Part shown: positions 35,941 through 47,690 of the stretch, one piece after another
Numbering within the stretch: the first letter of the stretch is position 1
How the letters are laid out: each line of letters opens with the position of its first letter
Source: Asterias rubens
Taxonomy: Eukaryota
Assembly (NCBI RefSeq): GCF_902459465.1
Contig: NC_047068.1
Coordinates: 5,270,001-5,334,000 of the forward strand
Reading direction: 5' to 3'
Length of the DNA stretch: 64,000 nt
Made by a program: the position numbers and the translations under genes
Notes under the pieces: model-generated
The model's input: only the letters and a program-made list of their open reading frames with translations
Databases searched by the model: none
What the model was told of the DNA's origin: nothing

Positions 35941-38424
35941 GTTTTAAAAACACATCCTCGTCTTAGATATTCTGTCGACCAATATTTCTTCAAGTCTATG
36001 TTTAAATAATTATTGTCACAACATACCTGTACTTGTAATGATGAACACGATTCCTTGTTATCAAAGTCAATTTACAAGAAGATAAGAATACTTGTAATTA
36101 ATTTCAAAATCCGATGATCCACCACAGATTATAGATAAGTCATGTAAAAGCAGATAGTTTGCGATTCCGGAATCATCAAACACGAATAACTTTTGTCCCT
36201 TCAGAGAGCGACGAATCCATTCAAAGCCATATTGACTCGCATCCTAATTATTATGAAATAATTTCCTGTAATAAAAGAACGCACCTGGTTTCTTTGCACA
36301 AACTGAAAGCAAGTATAGTTCTGTCTATTACTTCTGATGTCCGGTCGTCAATTAAGATAATTGCAGTAATTGCAGAGGTGAATAAGAACATCAAAGAGGT
36401 GAAGATTGTTTGATGATGCCGCCACACCTGTTCACCTGTCCGTGGTGTTCTTGCTGTTGATTGCTGTTGCTTCAACCACAAAGATTCTCTATAGGTCTGC
36501 TTCAGCTTGCCAGACCGGTCCTGTGCGGCCCTCTTGCGGTGCAGGAACTGTCAATGTTACGACTAAAGTTAGCTATATATATTCGAGTTACACTTGGAAC
36601 AACAATGTAACTTCACCATGATGACAATATAATTTCATGACACTTGAGAAATCCGTGTGTGGATTGAAACTCTTACATAGAAATGCAGACCTCCAGCGGA
36701 TTCACCGAACAATGCGAGGCATCCAAAATGTATATGCGTCAATACAGTCATAAAAACGTAGTCATTAGAACAGTTTATTCACAACATCACGTGTGTATTG
36801 TTGTATGTCTATTATACGAACTTGGTTTATGCCTGTCACATTGAGGAGTCTGTGGAATGAATGACCAATTGACACTGTAACAGCAACAAATCACAGCTAG
36901 GAACAGAAGTTTGTTCTGGTGTCTACGCACAACAACGTACACCATTGCTATGGTGGTTACAGCATCACCTAATTCACAAAGCTTTTGTGTTCACTTCAGA
37001 GCATGAAAAACAACACAATGCAAACATGTATTGGTTTACATAGCAATTATTGCAATGTTTAATCAAGCTTAGGGAAGCTTGATATCAAATACAAGGAGAT
37101 CTTGTTTCTTGAAGAAGGTAAATAAGTCTTAAGAATATCGACAACAGAGGGGCAGTTTTCAATTAGAGAATTCCACACTCAACACCATGTGAGCCAGAGC
37201 GTGAAATGCGGTGGTATGAAGAGACTCAACCAGGCCCTATGCATTAAACCAAAACAATAGTTTCATTTTGATTATTTTCTTTTTAGAAACTTACCCTTGC
37301 TCAATACACCTCTTGTTTCAATTACCATTTAAAAACAACCTTTATCCTAAATGTTTCTTTTACCGTTTTCCATATCATACCGACTTCCATTCTATTTAGA
37401 CGCTTTCACAAAATGTATTATTTTGCACAATATCACGTAAAAATTGCAGTTAAATGAAAAAATCAAAACACAATTTAATACTTCTTTTACCTAGATTGTA
37501 TACTTTATATTAGGTAAAATCAGCACTTCACATCTGTGTATCAAAGGTGGGTAAGATCATGTCTAGCAACAATCACTTAGGACTCGGCAGACGACCCCTT
37601 GATGTTTGACTTTTTACCCACATTTTCCATCTTTGACCTTTATATACAAAGCGAAAGAAACTGATACATTCGCTTCCTCCAATTTTGCACAACCCGCCCC
37701 CCCCCCTCCCCCCACAGTGGAATCATTTCAATCGAAAGGTTCACCCTTTGTTTTCCCACGGGAAGATTAATGTCAGCAGCTTTGGTTGGATAGTACAAGC
37801 GGCATTTTAAGAAACATTTCTCTTTGAATTACTGCCATTATGGAAAAATACATCCCTTTTTATCGCAAACAATTTGAATATCTAAGATTATGTGTACATG
37901 TATTCCTTTAGGGATTAATCTTACTTCGTGGACATATTCACTCTGGTTTTTTCCGCAATACCTCAAAAACGCGACCACCTTAAAATGAAACTTTCATTGG
38001 TTCATTTTATTGTGAACAATCTCTTTTATGATAAAAACATCCAAGGGTTCAAAAAACGTATACAGACTCGTATAAGAGAAAATAAAAGTCTTTGAAATCG
38101 GTCTCCAAACAATCGCAACTAAATAAAAAACCTGCACGTGTGATAGCTCCATGGCCTGACTGATCTCATTTTACTTCAAACCAACGCCGTACAAGACATC
38201 GCTTACTATTTTCCTAGCTTTACAAATTTACTTATCGATTATTCCTTTTGACAGTTGATCTATTTGTCAATATCAAGACATGTTTTATAAGACCATCTGG
38301 TTCTTGCTCTATGGAGAAACTAAGTAAATAAAACATGGACGCTTTGCCTCAAACTAACATCACACTCTCGTGGTGGTATTTAGGGTGAGTAACGATTTCA
38401 ACAACAGATTTATTAGCACACAAT

Positions 38425-38559
38425 GGGTGCGTTCGATTAGCTTCCCCGGGTCGACCCCGGTGTGCTCATCCGGGTGGGCCCCCTGAAATGACGTCAAAGC
38501 TATTTGAACGTACCCGGGGCAGACCGGGGTCGACCCAGGGAAGATAATCGAACGCAACC
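38425..38559. mobile_element. Short PIF/Harbinger-like MITE
   Basis: TIRs GGGTGCGTTCGATTAGCTTCCCCGGGTCGACCCC and GGGGTCGACCCAGGGAAGATAATCGAACGCAACC; same TIR as 46556-46994. Confidence 0.7.
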
Positions 38560-38577
38560 TTAATTTTGGTATGTCCT

Positions 38578-38780
38578 GGATGGCGTGTGGTGGTCCAACA
38601 GTCGATATTGTTTTTCTAATCATTTGAGTGTGGGTTCGAGTCCCGGTCGTGGCACATTTGTCTTTGAGAAAGATACTTTTCCCATAACTGTTTTGCCTTC
38701 AGATTAGACATTAAGCCATAGTTCCCGTGAACTAGGGTTGGTGGTTCACACAAAACAACCAGAGCATTTATCATGGAAGA
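38578..38780 (+). mobile_element. Decayed tRNA-derived SINE
   Basis: A-box-like TGGCGTGTGGTGG and B-box GGTTCGAGTCC (38633-38643), followed by a SINE body-like GTCTTTGAGAAAGATACTT. End boundary approximate. Confidence 0.55.
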
Positions 38781-39001
38781 AGCTAGCCTGGTGTTTGTGG
38801 TTCATATCAATCACACATTGTCACATGTTTCATCACTTAAGGTATCATATCAGAAATATATAACAACACAATTCTCCCAGCTATATATGACTGGGACGAT
38901 CCAATCTGGTCAAAACCATTAATTTGTTTAGTATTGTTCTGTGTAAGTGAAGAACCTAAATGCACATAAATCGTCTCCGGCTAACGTATGTTTGTGCGTC
39001 A

Positions 39002-39353
39002 AAGGAACTGGACACCTTTGGTAATTGTCAAAGACCAGTCTTCCCACTTGGTGTATCTTAACTCAATTGGTCGTCGAAGTTGCGAAAGATGAGTGGAAGA
39101 CAAAACACCCTTGTCGCGGAAGTTGTGTGCTTTTAGATGCTTGAATTCGATTCGAGACCTCAGGTGAGGTCTCAAATTCAATTCAAAGATTTTAGTGAGA
39201 AATTACTTCTGTTTCTAAAAAAAAACTACGTTACTTCAGAGGGAGACGTTTCTCACAACGTTTTATACTATCAACAGCTCTCCCTTGCTCGTTACCAAGT
39301 AAGTTTTTATGCTAACAATTATTTTGAGTAATTACGAATAGTGTCCAGTGCCC
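39002..39353. mobile_element. Kolobok-like MITE, subfamily A
   Basis: AAGGAACTGGACAC ... GTGTCCAGTGCCC; internal homology; flanks are decayed TTAA (TCAA and TTAG). Confidence 0.75.
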
Positions 39354-40970
39354 TTAGATGACAATGAGAACTAATGATGAGCAAACAAGATTATTTTTAG
39401 TTTAGCAAACAACAAAAACACCCTCATATAAAATCGCTTCAATCATGGTTTATCAATAAACACGTGAGTGACTTTTATCCAATCATGTTGCATCACGCGA
39501 TAAGACACGCCCACTAAGACGTCACTGACTGCAAAACAACCAATGATTGTAGAGCAATTGAGTCATATTGTTCACGATGGAGGTTGCTATGAGCTGCTAC
39601 AAACCGAATCGTACTATTGATTGACGACGTTAATTTTGTTAGTTGCCGATATCACAACACGAATAATGTCCGCCACACGAATTACAGGAGGAGATATATC
39701 TGTATCATGCAAACATCTGGATCAAAACTAACTGATGTGTAGACTTGTTCCAATCCTTTCGAGTCAGGCTCTAAAACAATCGATGTAGCGCCCTCTACCG
39801 GTGATTAATACAAATACAGGGTCACCAATCAAGACGAACCATGGGGAAATGTGAGCTCGGCTCATCACGCCACAAACCGCTGTCATTGAAGATGATTAGC
39901 TTTATAGTTGATCTACACTAAGCGATGAGAAAACCATCTGCCAAGCATAAAATACAATAATGTAAACCCACAATTTATTTCTGTATCAAAGATTTGAGGC
40001 TCATGGTCTTCGGGGATTGTGGACAAACAATACATTGTGGACAAACAATACATTGTGTCATGTGGTTGTTTACTCGTAACCATGGCTATTAATTTGGGCC
40101 ACCCTTCTAATTTGCTAAGAAGCATTGGGCTCATTGTGTCATTTACTGGTTCAGGTGGTTTTCATTTTGGATGATCAAATTTGAAATTTGTCATTGTCAA
40201 CAAACACACTTGATTTTATTTCAAGAAATTGAGAGACGCTTAAATACAGTATGTAGTTTGAACATATATATCATTTTGATTGATATTTGTATGTGAAGGT
40301 AGCTTAGTTTTGGTATATCTTGACGCTTTGGTCTAGCGCTCTCAATGTATGGAATAAGCGAAGTTTCAAAATTATCCAGCAATTTGTAATGACAATTAAG
40401 CTGGTGCAGTGCGAAACCCGCTGCATTTACGCGCGTTTCTCAGCAAAAAAAACAACACGTTTTCACTCATTTTTGTCATAACTCCTTAATTTATTCCTTT
40501 ACTGTATGAATTTGTTGTTTGCAGAGCCACACACAAATCCGGGAGCTCACCCGGGATTTTTAGAGTGCAGTGCAAAGTGCCTCTCAGATATGCTATATTT
40601 AGAATCCATAGATTATTTTACTTGTGCATAACTAAATTCGGGCAAACTTGACAACATTTAGCCTTATACCATGTTTTAGAACACATATTGTAACAAAACG
40701 ACAACAACGACATCAAATGGGGCATATCAAACAAGAAAAGATGTAAATTAAAAGCATTTTATATACACGATAATGTTCAATGATTTACAGTGATTAAAAA
40801 TGATAAACATACACTGACAAAATCTTGTTGTCAATTATATTATATGGATTGATATAACTAGATGAAAGCGTAAACATATTTAAAAAGAAAATTAAGGTGC
40901 ACATTTCAATGTTGTTTCAACTAGCGATGTCACATGCAGGAACACGTGTTGGTGCCATTTCAAATTAAAA

Positions 40971-41170
40971 TTGCAACACAAAGGCGTTGCCTTCTTGATA
41001 TAGAATATGAATGCAACACAAAGGCGTTGCCTTCTTGATATAGAATATGAATGCAACACAAAGGCGTTGCCTTCTTGATATAGAATATGAATGCAACACA
41101 AAGGCGTTGCCTTCTTGATATAGAATATGAATGCAACACAAAGGCGTTGCCTTCTTGATATAGAATATGA
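40971..41170. repeat. 40-bp minisatellite, 5 copies
   Basis: Unit ATGCAACACAAAGGCGTTGCCTTCTTGATATAGAATATGA. Confidence 0.95.
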
Positions 41171-41661
41171 ACTATTTTATTTTGTTGTGATTGGTAATTA
41201 ATTTATTTGTATCCAAGTAGCTAACACTGACTAATAAATTACATCATCATGAGCTTTCGTAGCAACCACTACTTCATCAGATGCAATTAAGGGGACAGGC
41301 CATAGTTATATTATCTTTCTCAGTAATAAAAAGTAATGTTAAATGAATAAATTGCCATTCCTGTGATAAATTACAACCCTGCTTCCTTTAAAAGCATAAC
41401 ATTGTCCTTCAGCTTGCATGCATTTATTAGTCAGTCAATATGTTTTAAAGGTGGGTTTTAGGTCACTAGCTGCTATAAAAACATTTATGACATTCTTTAG
41501 TCGGACCATCAATGTACCCTTATGGACTATATATGAACATCACACAAGACAAACCTCACGTTTAAAGGGACACATTGCTTGCGGATTGGCTGCTGGGGTA
41601 TAAAAGGCGTTTTCAATAAAAATTAAAAAAATAATACGGTTGGAAAATAATTGTTTTTGTT

Positions 41662-42062
41662 AAACACACTGGTCACTATTGGTAATTGTCAAAGACTAGT
41701 CTTCACAGTTGGTGTATCTCAACATTTTATGTACAAAATGACAAACCTGTGAAAATTTGAGCTCAATCGGTCGTCAAAGTTGCGAGATATTAATGAAAGA
41801 AAAAACACCCTTGTTGCACCATGGTCACACGAAATTGTGTGCTTTCAGATGCTTGATTTCGAGACCTCAAATTCTAAATCTGAGTTCTCAAAAAATTACT
41901 TACTTGGAAAATTACTTTTTTCTCGAAAACTACATTACTTCAGAGGGAGCCGTTTCCCACAATGTTTTATACTATCAACCTCTCCCCATTACTCGTTACC
42001 AAGTAAGGTTTTATAAAAATAATAATTTTATGTAATTACCAATAGTGTCTACTGCCTTTTAA
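41662..42062. mobile_element. Kolobok-like MITE, subfamily A
   Basis: TTAA...CACTGGTCACTATTGGTAATTGTC ... TTACCAATAGTGTCTACTGCCTTTTAA. Confidence 0.75.
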
Positions 42063-42407
42063 AGATATTATCATAAAAGTATAATAATGATTCTATACAT
42101 ATAAACATTCCTTGAAATTGTGTGGATTTTGTGTAATTTCATGACAGAACAAGGTTACTCTACAAAATGGCAGACCGTGGTTCCATCAGTTGTATTTCAA
42201 GAGGCAAAGTTTTGGTTTTATTTTATCACCGCTCACTACTGTGTATGGACAAGTATTGAGAAAGACCAAGAGTAACACGCAGCAACAATTTGAAAGGTGA
42301 AGGCAACATACCAATTAAACTTAAACTCGGCTGAACAACAGTTCCATTTACACCACATAATAATCTCAATGTCTTAACTTACACAATTACATTCCATGTA
42401 AATGACG

Positions 42408-43688
42408 CTAAGATGCGTACAAGCTCTTCACTCTATGAATCAAACTATCCATCTGCATTCTAAGATTTAAAGTTTCAAAATCTTCCAAGTCATCCAAACT
42501 GTCTGCCTCACTGACAGGTGGAGTCAAACTCCCCTGAAACGACAACCGATTCCAATTATAAACCGAGTTAATAGCAGCCAGATTCATATGTGGATGAGAT
42601 GGTTCGACAGTCCGACTTTGCTTTAACTTGGTAATGTTCATCAGTGTATACTTGGGGCAGTAAGCTGGTGGGTGCCGGCTGGACTCGAACCGGCGGTCTG
42701 CCGGTATGACGGGCCAAGGGTTCACGGGACGATCTGTGCCGTGGTCAAAGCTGGTGAATGGGGATGGCAGCTGTCTTTGGACGGGGTGTGTGTGCTGGAG
42801 ATGACGGGTGCATAGTCGTTTCGTTTCGTGTTGTTTGGTTGACCAGCAATTATTCTTTCTTTTGACGAAGAAAGGACGCGGTACATGAAGCGTCTGAGCG
42901 AACTCAATGCGAGTGTTCTTGGCCGTGTATGCGTTCGAATCCCAGGTACCGTCACCAGCAATGCGTATGGAATCAGAATTGTTGGTAGAGGTGGAAGGAA
43001 GTAAGGAGTTCTTGCTACCAAATTCCGTTTGCTTCGTATGTTCCCTATTCACAAGACGTTTTATTTTCTCTGATGGTTTATGGAAACTAATCGGCTCACG
43101 GTGTTTATTCGATTTGTCCTTAGCAACAGGCTTAAAAAGTATGTCCACCCTCGTCACATGTTGGTGTGAGCAGTTGCCATGACTACCTTCCTGCCCTCTG
43201 TTGAGCTCTCTGTCCACTCCATAGCTAGAGGAGGATTTTAAAGTCAAAGTTGAATCACCATTACTCCTTTCTACAGCTTGGGGAATACTTATAGAATACC
43301 TGTCCCTTTTCTCCACAGTTTTCCCATTCACATATCCCTGGAATGAAACACTAGTCCGCCTGCTTGATGGATCTCGGTTACTTGACTCAGATTGGTTATC
43401 AGGGAAAATGATTTTCACAGTTGTAGCTTCCGTGCCGTTCTTTTTCCTCCTTCTGCCCATCTCAAACGAAAGAGCCTTATCCGTCTTGAAGCTTTCCCTT
43501 CTATCCATGGAAACTCTCCTGTGTCTCTCTCCTCCCTCAGGTTTCTTTATTCTTGGATGTTTCTCTGTTGCATCTATGATTGGTAGAGGAGTCACAGGTT
43601 TCCTTGATACCACCAGTAGGTTCTTATCAGCACTGCACGGTAGTCGTAACTGCTGGCTCGTACCAAGCCGTGAATACAACGTCTCCAT
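42408..43688 (-). CDS. Uncharacterised 426-aa basic, probably disordered protein, single coding exon
   Basis: 1281-nt ORF. Minus-strand acceptor TCTGTTTTAG| lies 17 nt upstream of the ATG. The C-terminus has LTPPVS and an acidic/amphipathic tail. No known domain recognised. Confidence 0.8.
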   Translation of the reverse strand: METLYSRLGTSQQLRLPCSADKNLLVVSRKPVTPLPIIDATEKHPRIKKPEGGERHRRVSMDRRESFKTDKALSFEMGRRRKKNGTEATTVKIIFPDNQSESSNRDPSSRRTSVSFQGYVNGKTVEKRDRYSISIPQAVERSNGDSTLTLKSSSSYGVDRELNRGQEGSHGNCSHQHVTRVDILFKPVAKDKSNKHREPISFHKPSEKIKRLVNREHTKQTEFGSKNSLLPSTSTNNSDSIRIAGDGTWDSNAYTAKNTRIEFAQTLHVPRPFFVKRKNNCWSTKQHETKRLCTRHLQHTHPVQRQLPSPFTSFDHGTDRPVNPWPVIPADRRFESSRHPPAYCPKYTLMNITKLKQSRTVEPSHPHMNLAAINSVYNWNRLSFQGSLTPPVSEADSLDDLEDFETLNLRMQMDSLIHRVKSLYAS

Positions 43689-46555
43689 CTTAGAACTATC
43701 TCAGCCTAAAACAGAGTCCAGTTATTCAGTCAGCAAACTTCAAATCTCATTCTGACAATGAGCCTCTGGAGATGATAGTCTGGTTGCGATGGTGGCCATC
43801 CCTCAAAGTGACAGATGTAATAGAGTTTGACGGCATTATAATCCAATGCTGCAAGGTACTCTATTTTCGACCCAACCGTAAAAGGTCTGCACCCGTGGCT
43901 AAATGTCTGACAATAGACCTGGAGAGAGAGCCCGGTAATCATGAAAATAAACTTTTACATTCCGAAGAAAATTGAGAACAGTTTGCCACAATGTTGTCAT
44001 CGTGTCCATAACACTTTTGCTTTGTCTGTTTCATAAAGGTTGAACCGAAGTGATAGAGTTGGAGTAGATCGCCATTGGGCCCCTTCATTTGGTGTCGAAT
44101 TCAATTTGTGTAGTGGTGTTCATCCTTAGATCACCACATCAAGCATCATTGTGGTAGGTTGGTTAAGACAACTCCAGTCTTGTCAGTTATCTTCAAAACA
44201 CATCACTGATATGTGTTATTACAGACATGAACAACCTCCACTTCACCCGTCCAAACAGAAATCCCAAAGAACAATTAATATTCAAGCTTTTCAACCTTTA
44301 TTCCCAACAGCAGCGAGTGACAATCACTGTATTATCTACAGCGCTAATTGAGTTCTATTATCACGAGAAGGGTGGCCAAAGGTTGTATGGGTTTACCCTT
44401 CCGGCCTAGGGTGACCGTTGTGCGGAGCTATTGTCCCGGTCTTCTCCTTGCCGACGCCTCGGTGGCATCCCCTTATCCTAGCCATGAAGACGTTCACTGG
44501 GTGTTGAATCAGCAATCCAGTCACTAATGGGACAAATGCCCTTAAAACTACCGGATATGAAGGGATGTAAACACGGTGTATAAACCAGCACTTCTGGCAT
44601 CGCTCTTACCCGATATTTACCAAGTGCCATTAGCTATGGGTTGTCGGGGCGACAGATGATGAGTTGTTATTTAGAGTCATAAACATGCACGTATAACGGT
44701 GTTTATCATACCAAAGACCTCCCCGTTAATAGCCCATATAGCCCATATAGCCCATCGTTTTCTAGTTGCTAAAACACCCCATTGTTCAATGTAGGCAATG
44801 TTTTCCATTAATTTTTGAAGTCAGGAAAAGAGTAAAAACCGCTATTGACCCTCCTTCACGGTGTTCAAATAAAAAAATAAAAAAAACATAATTTAATACA
44901 GAATAAACTAATATTAGGAATATTATTCTAATATCTGTACCAATAATCACATTAAAGTGAGATTTAACATCAATGTATTAAAACATTTAATTCAGTAGAT
45001 TTTGGTGTGTTCCGTTTTTAGTTTGCACGGTATTCTTGTCATTTCATTTTAATCTGGTTGCAAAGTAAAGGACCTTCAAAAGCAAACTCAATGAAACCAA
45101 TGGATGTATAGAGAGATGTAGGGATGTACAAGGACGTTCCTATATAGAGGCAGATTGCCCAAAATGCGTCAATATACACCTTATGACGTCACAAGCCAGT
45201 AAGAATTAAGACCATTTGTAATTGCATGACTTAATTGTATATATTCATCAGTAAAACTTCAATATAAACAAAACCGACCACAAACAATATCACAACTGTT
45301 GGACCAATAGGCATTTAATGAGAAGTCACTGAATGTCAGTCAAGATTAGACGTCTCCACAGTGAGACGTCTTGTTTTGCCTCCCTGTTCATCTTTACTCT
45401 GATTCCCACTTAACTTATATACCGTAAAACTCGGTAATCTTCTTTACTGCTGAATGTGATATCGGATTATTCCTCTTTAGGGAGGATAAGGGAGGATGAA
45501 TTCTGGTGGCCAGAGTTAAGACTTCAATAGACGTAACAGGTCTCAATGGTTAACCAGCACCGAGACGGGACCCGTACCCAGTGGTACCATGAAGGAAGGG
45601 TAGGGAGGTACTTAAACCTTCCTCAAATCTAATAAATCACAGTGCAGCCCAATTTCTGTGTATCATTTTGCAAAAGGTATTACTGGTTTTCCTCAGCACA
45701 ACAGCATCCTACAGATTTATGGGTTTTTTTTATGTCATACAATATACACAAATTTATTAATAGGTTCTACAAGAGCACTATACCAATGTTTCCGATTAGC
45801 AGATGGATAGCAACTACGTTTTAATATCAATTTACATCAAATTGATGAGGCTTGAAGAGCTTAGACTTTGCACTCGGTAAAACCACGCGCTAGATTGTGA
45901 GCCATTGCGATTTGATGATTAGATTTTAATTGTTTGCAATGATATTAATATCCCCTTTAATTTCAGAATTAAAATGGGCTACATTCGTACCTTCAAATCT
46001 CTCAATTGTTTGCCGTTTGGAATTGTTCCTTATCTTTTTAAAAGGTTGTTTCTGCACAAAATAATCATAAATTTGCGTCTTGAAATACGCCCATCGGTGG
46101 AGCATGGTCCACCATAGAGTCAACAAATAGCGGACTTAATATGTCATGAAATAAAAATATAAACACAGTTTCAAGGGACATTATGAACATCATCATAATT
46201 ATTCTAGTGTTAAATTAATATTTACTTCAAAGCAAACTGGTTTTTTTGTGCACAAAGCAACCGATCCAAATACAACATGTCTTTAAAAAGGTACAATTTT
46301 CACGATTTAACAAGCATGAACACGAAAGAAGAACCATCCATTGGTGAACAATTTTAAAATAACAAACTTTATCCTGGTTAGTATAAATTTGTCTGTGCGT
46401 TCATCCATGTTTTATCCAGAGTTTTTTTGAATTATTTTACGCATTCTACAATCACGTATCTCTGCTGCAACATTAAACTCACGAGTCAAGACTCCAAGCA
46501 TCCAATGAGGACAGAGTGGGGCCAGGGGAGGGGAGGTGTTACCACGCTACATATT

Positions 46556-46994
46556 GGGTGCATTCGATTAGCTTCCCTGGGTCGACCCCGATGTGCCGTA
46601 TTTTATTTTTTTCCATGACGAAATGGGCACACAGTTACCCCACGTTCGTCCTCGAACCAGGAACAAAACCAGGACACGTCACCACGTGAGCCTTCCCGTG
46701 GTGACGTCAGTGCACCTCGGGCCAGCCCCAAGAGCCCCACTTGGGGATAGGGTCACTTGGGGCTGACCCGAGGTGCGCTGACGTCACGACGAGAAGGCTC
46801 ACGTGATGATGCGTCTGGTTTTTTTCCAGGTGGAGCGTGGGTAAACATTTGCATACGTTCGTACTGGAAAGGGAAAACAAAATAGGCGACTTTTCCAGGA
46901 CGAACGTGGGGTAATTGTATGCATACATTCGTCCTGGAAAAAAATAAAATACGCAACATCGGGGTCGACCCAGGGAAGCTAAACGAACGCACCC
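46556..46994. mobile_element. PIF/Harbinger-like MITE
   Basis: TIRs of about 35 bp, GGGTGCATTCGATTAGCTTCCCTGGGTCGACCCCG and CGGGGTCGACCCAGGGAAGCTAAACGAACGCACCC, with 3-bp ATT on both sides and internal inverted subrepeats. Confidence 0.75.
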
Positions 46995-47417
46995 ATTATC
47001 GAACATCGAATGGCGGTCACATGCTCATAATAATTGTTTCTTTGTCAAACCCAAAATTAAATAAAAAGTGGCAATTAAAGGTGCATCCTGGTTAAAACGT
47101 ACTGTCTATACCAACGAGATGTCAATCTTTTTTGTATTGAAGTTTTCTTTGCTCTAATCATACACACAAACTACTTCTCCCCCTTTCTCATATTACAGAT
47201 GCCATTTTCATTTGCCAACACGCAACTTTATTACAATACGCTGCATGCGCAAGTACGGAGCTCAAGAAGTGCCATATCACTTAAAACGATAATCTACAAC
47301 TTATTGTATTATGTACATGTATTGCTGTGGCGTTCTTATGATAACTTGTCTTGCTATTTTATTATACTATTTTATTATACCACAGACCGAGTAGATTTTT
47401 CGGAATTCGGGAGACTT

Positions 47418-47690
47418 AAAGGTGTCTAGACACCACGTTCCAGACACTGCACACTACTGGTACTCCAAATAAGTGTTAGCATTAAAACTTAACTCGGTAA
47501 CGAGCAATGGAGAGCTTTTGTTGTTATAAAACCATGAAAAACGGTAAGTTAAGTACACCATTTTGTGAAACAAGTGGGGTTTTTCTTTCCCTTTTTATTC
47601 TCTCGCAATTTTGATTTGTTATCGTACGCAAAATGTTGGGATACACCAAGTGAGAATACTGATCTTTTTTCCAAACCTGTCCAGTACCTA
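47418..47690. mobile_element. Degenerate Kolobok-like MITE
   Basis: TTAAAGGTGTC...ACTCGGTAACGAGCAATGGAGAGCT...GATACACCAAGTGAGAATACTG homology. Confidence 0.6.

Noticed and set aside
38578-38660. tRNA gene
   Set aside because: A B-box is present but there is no cloverleaf, and it continues into a SINE-like body.
42722-43755. Overlapping antisense or alternative-frame ORFs within the large CDSs, and most 60-120 aa ORFs in the track
   Set aside because: They are shadow frames of real ORFs or chance frames in MITEs and AT-rich DNA, many with non-ATG starts.
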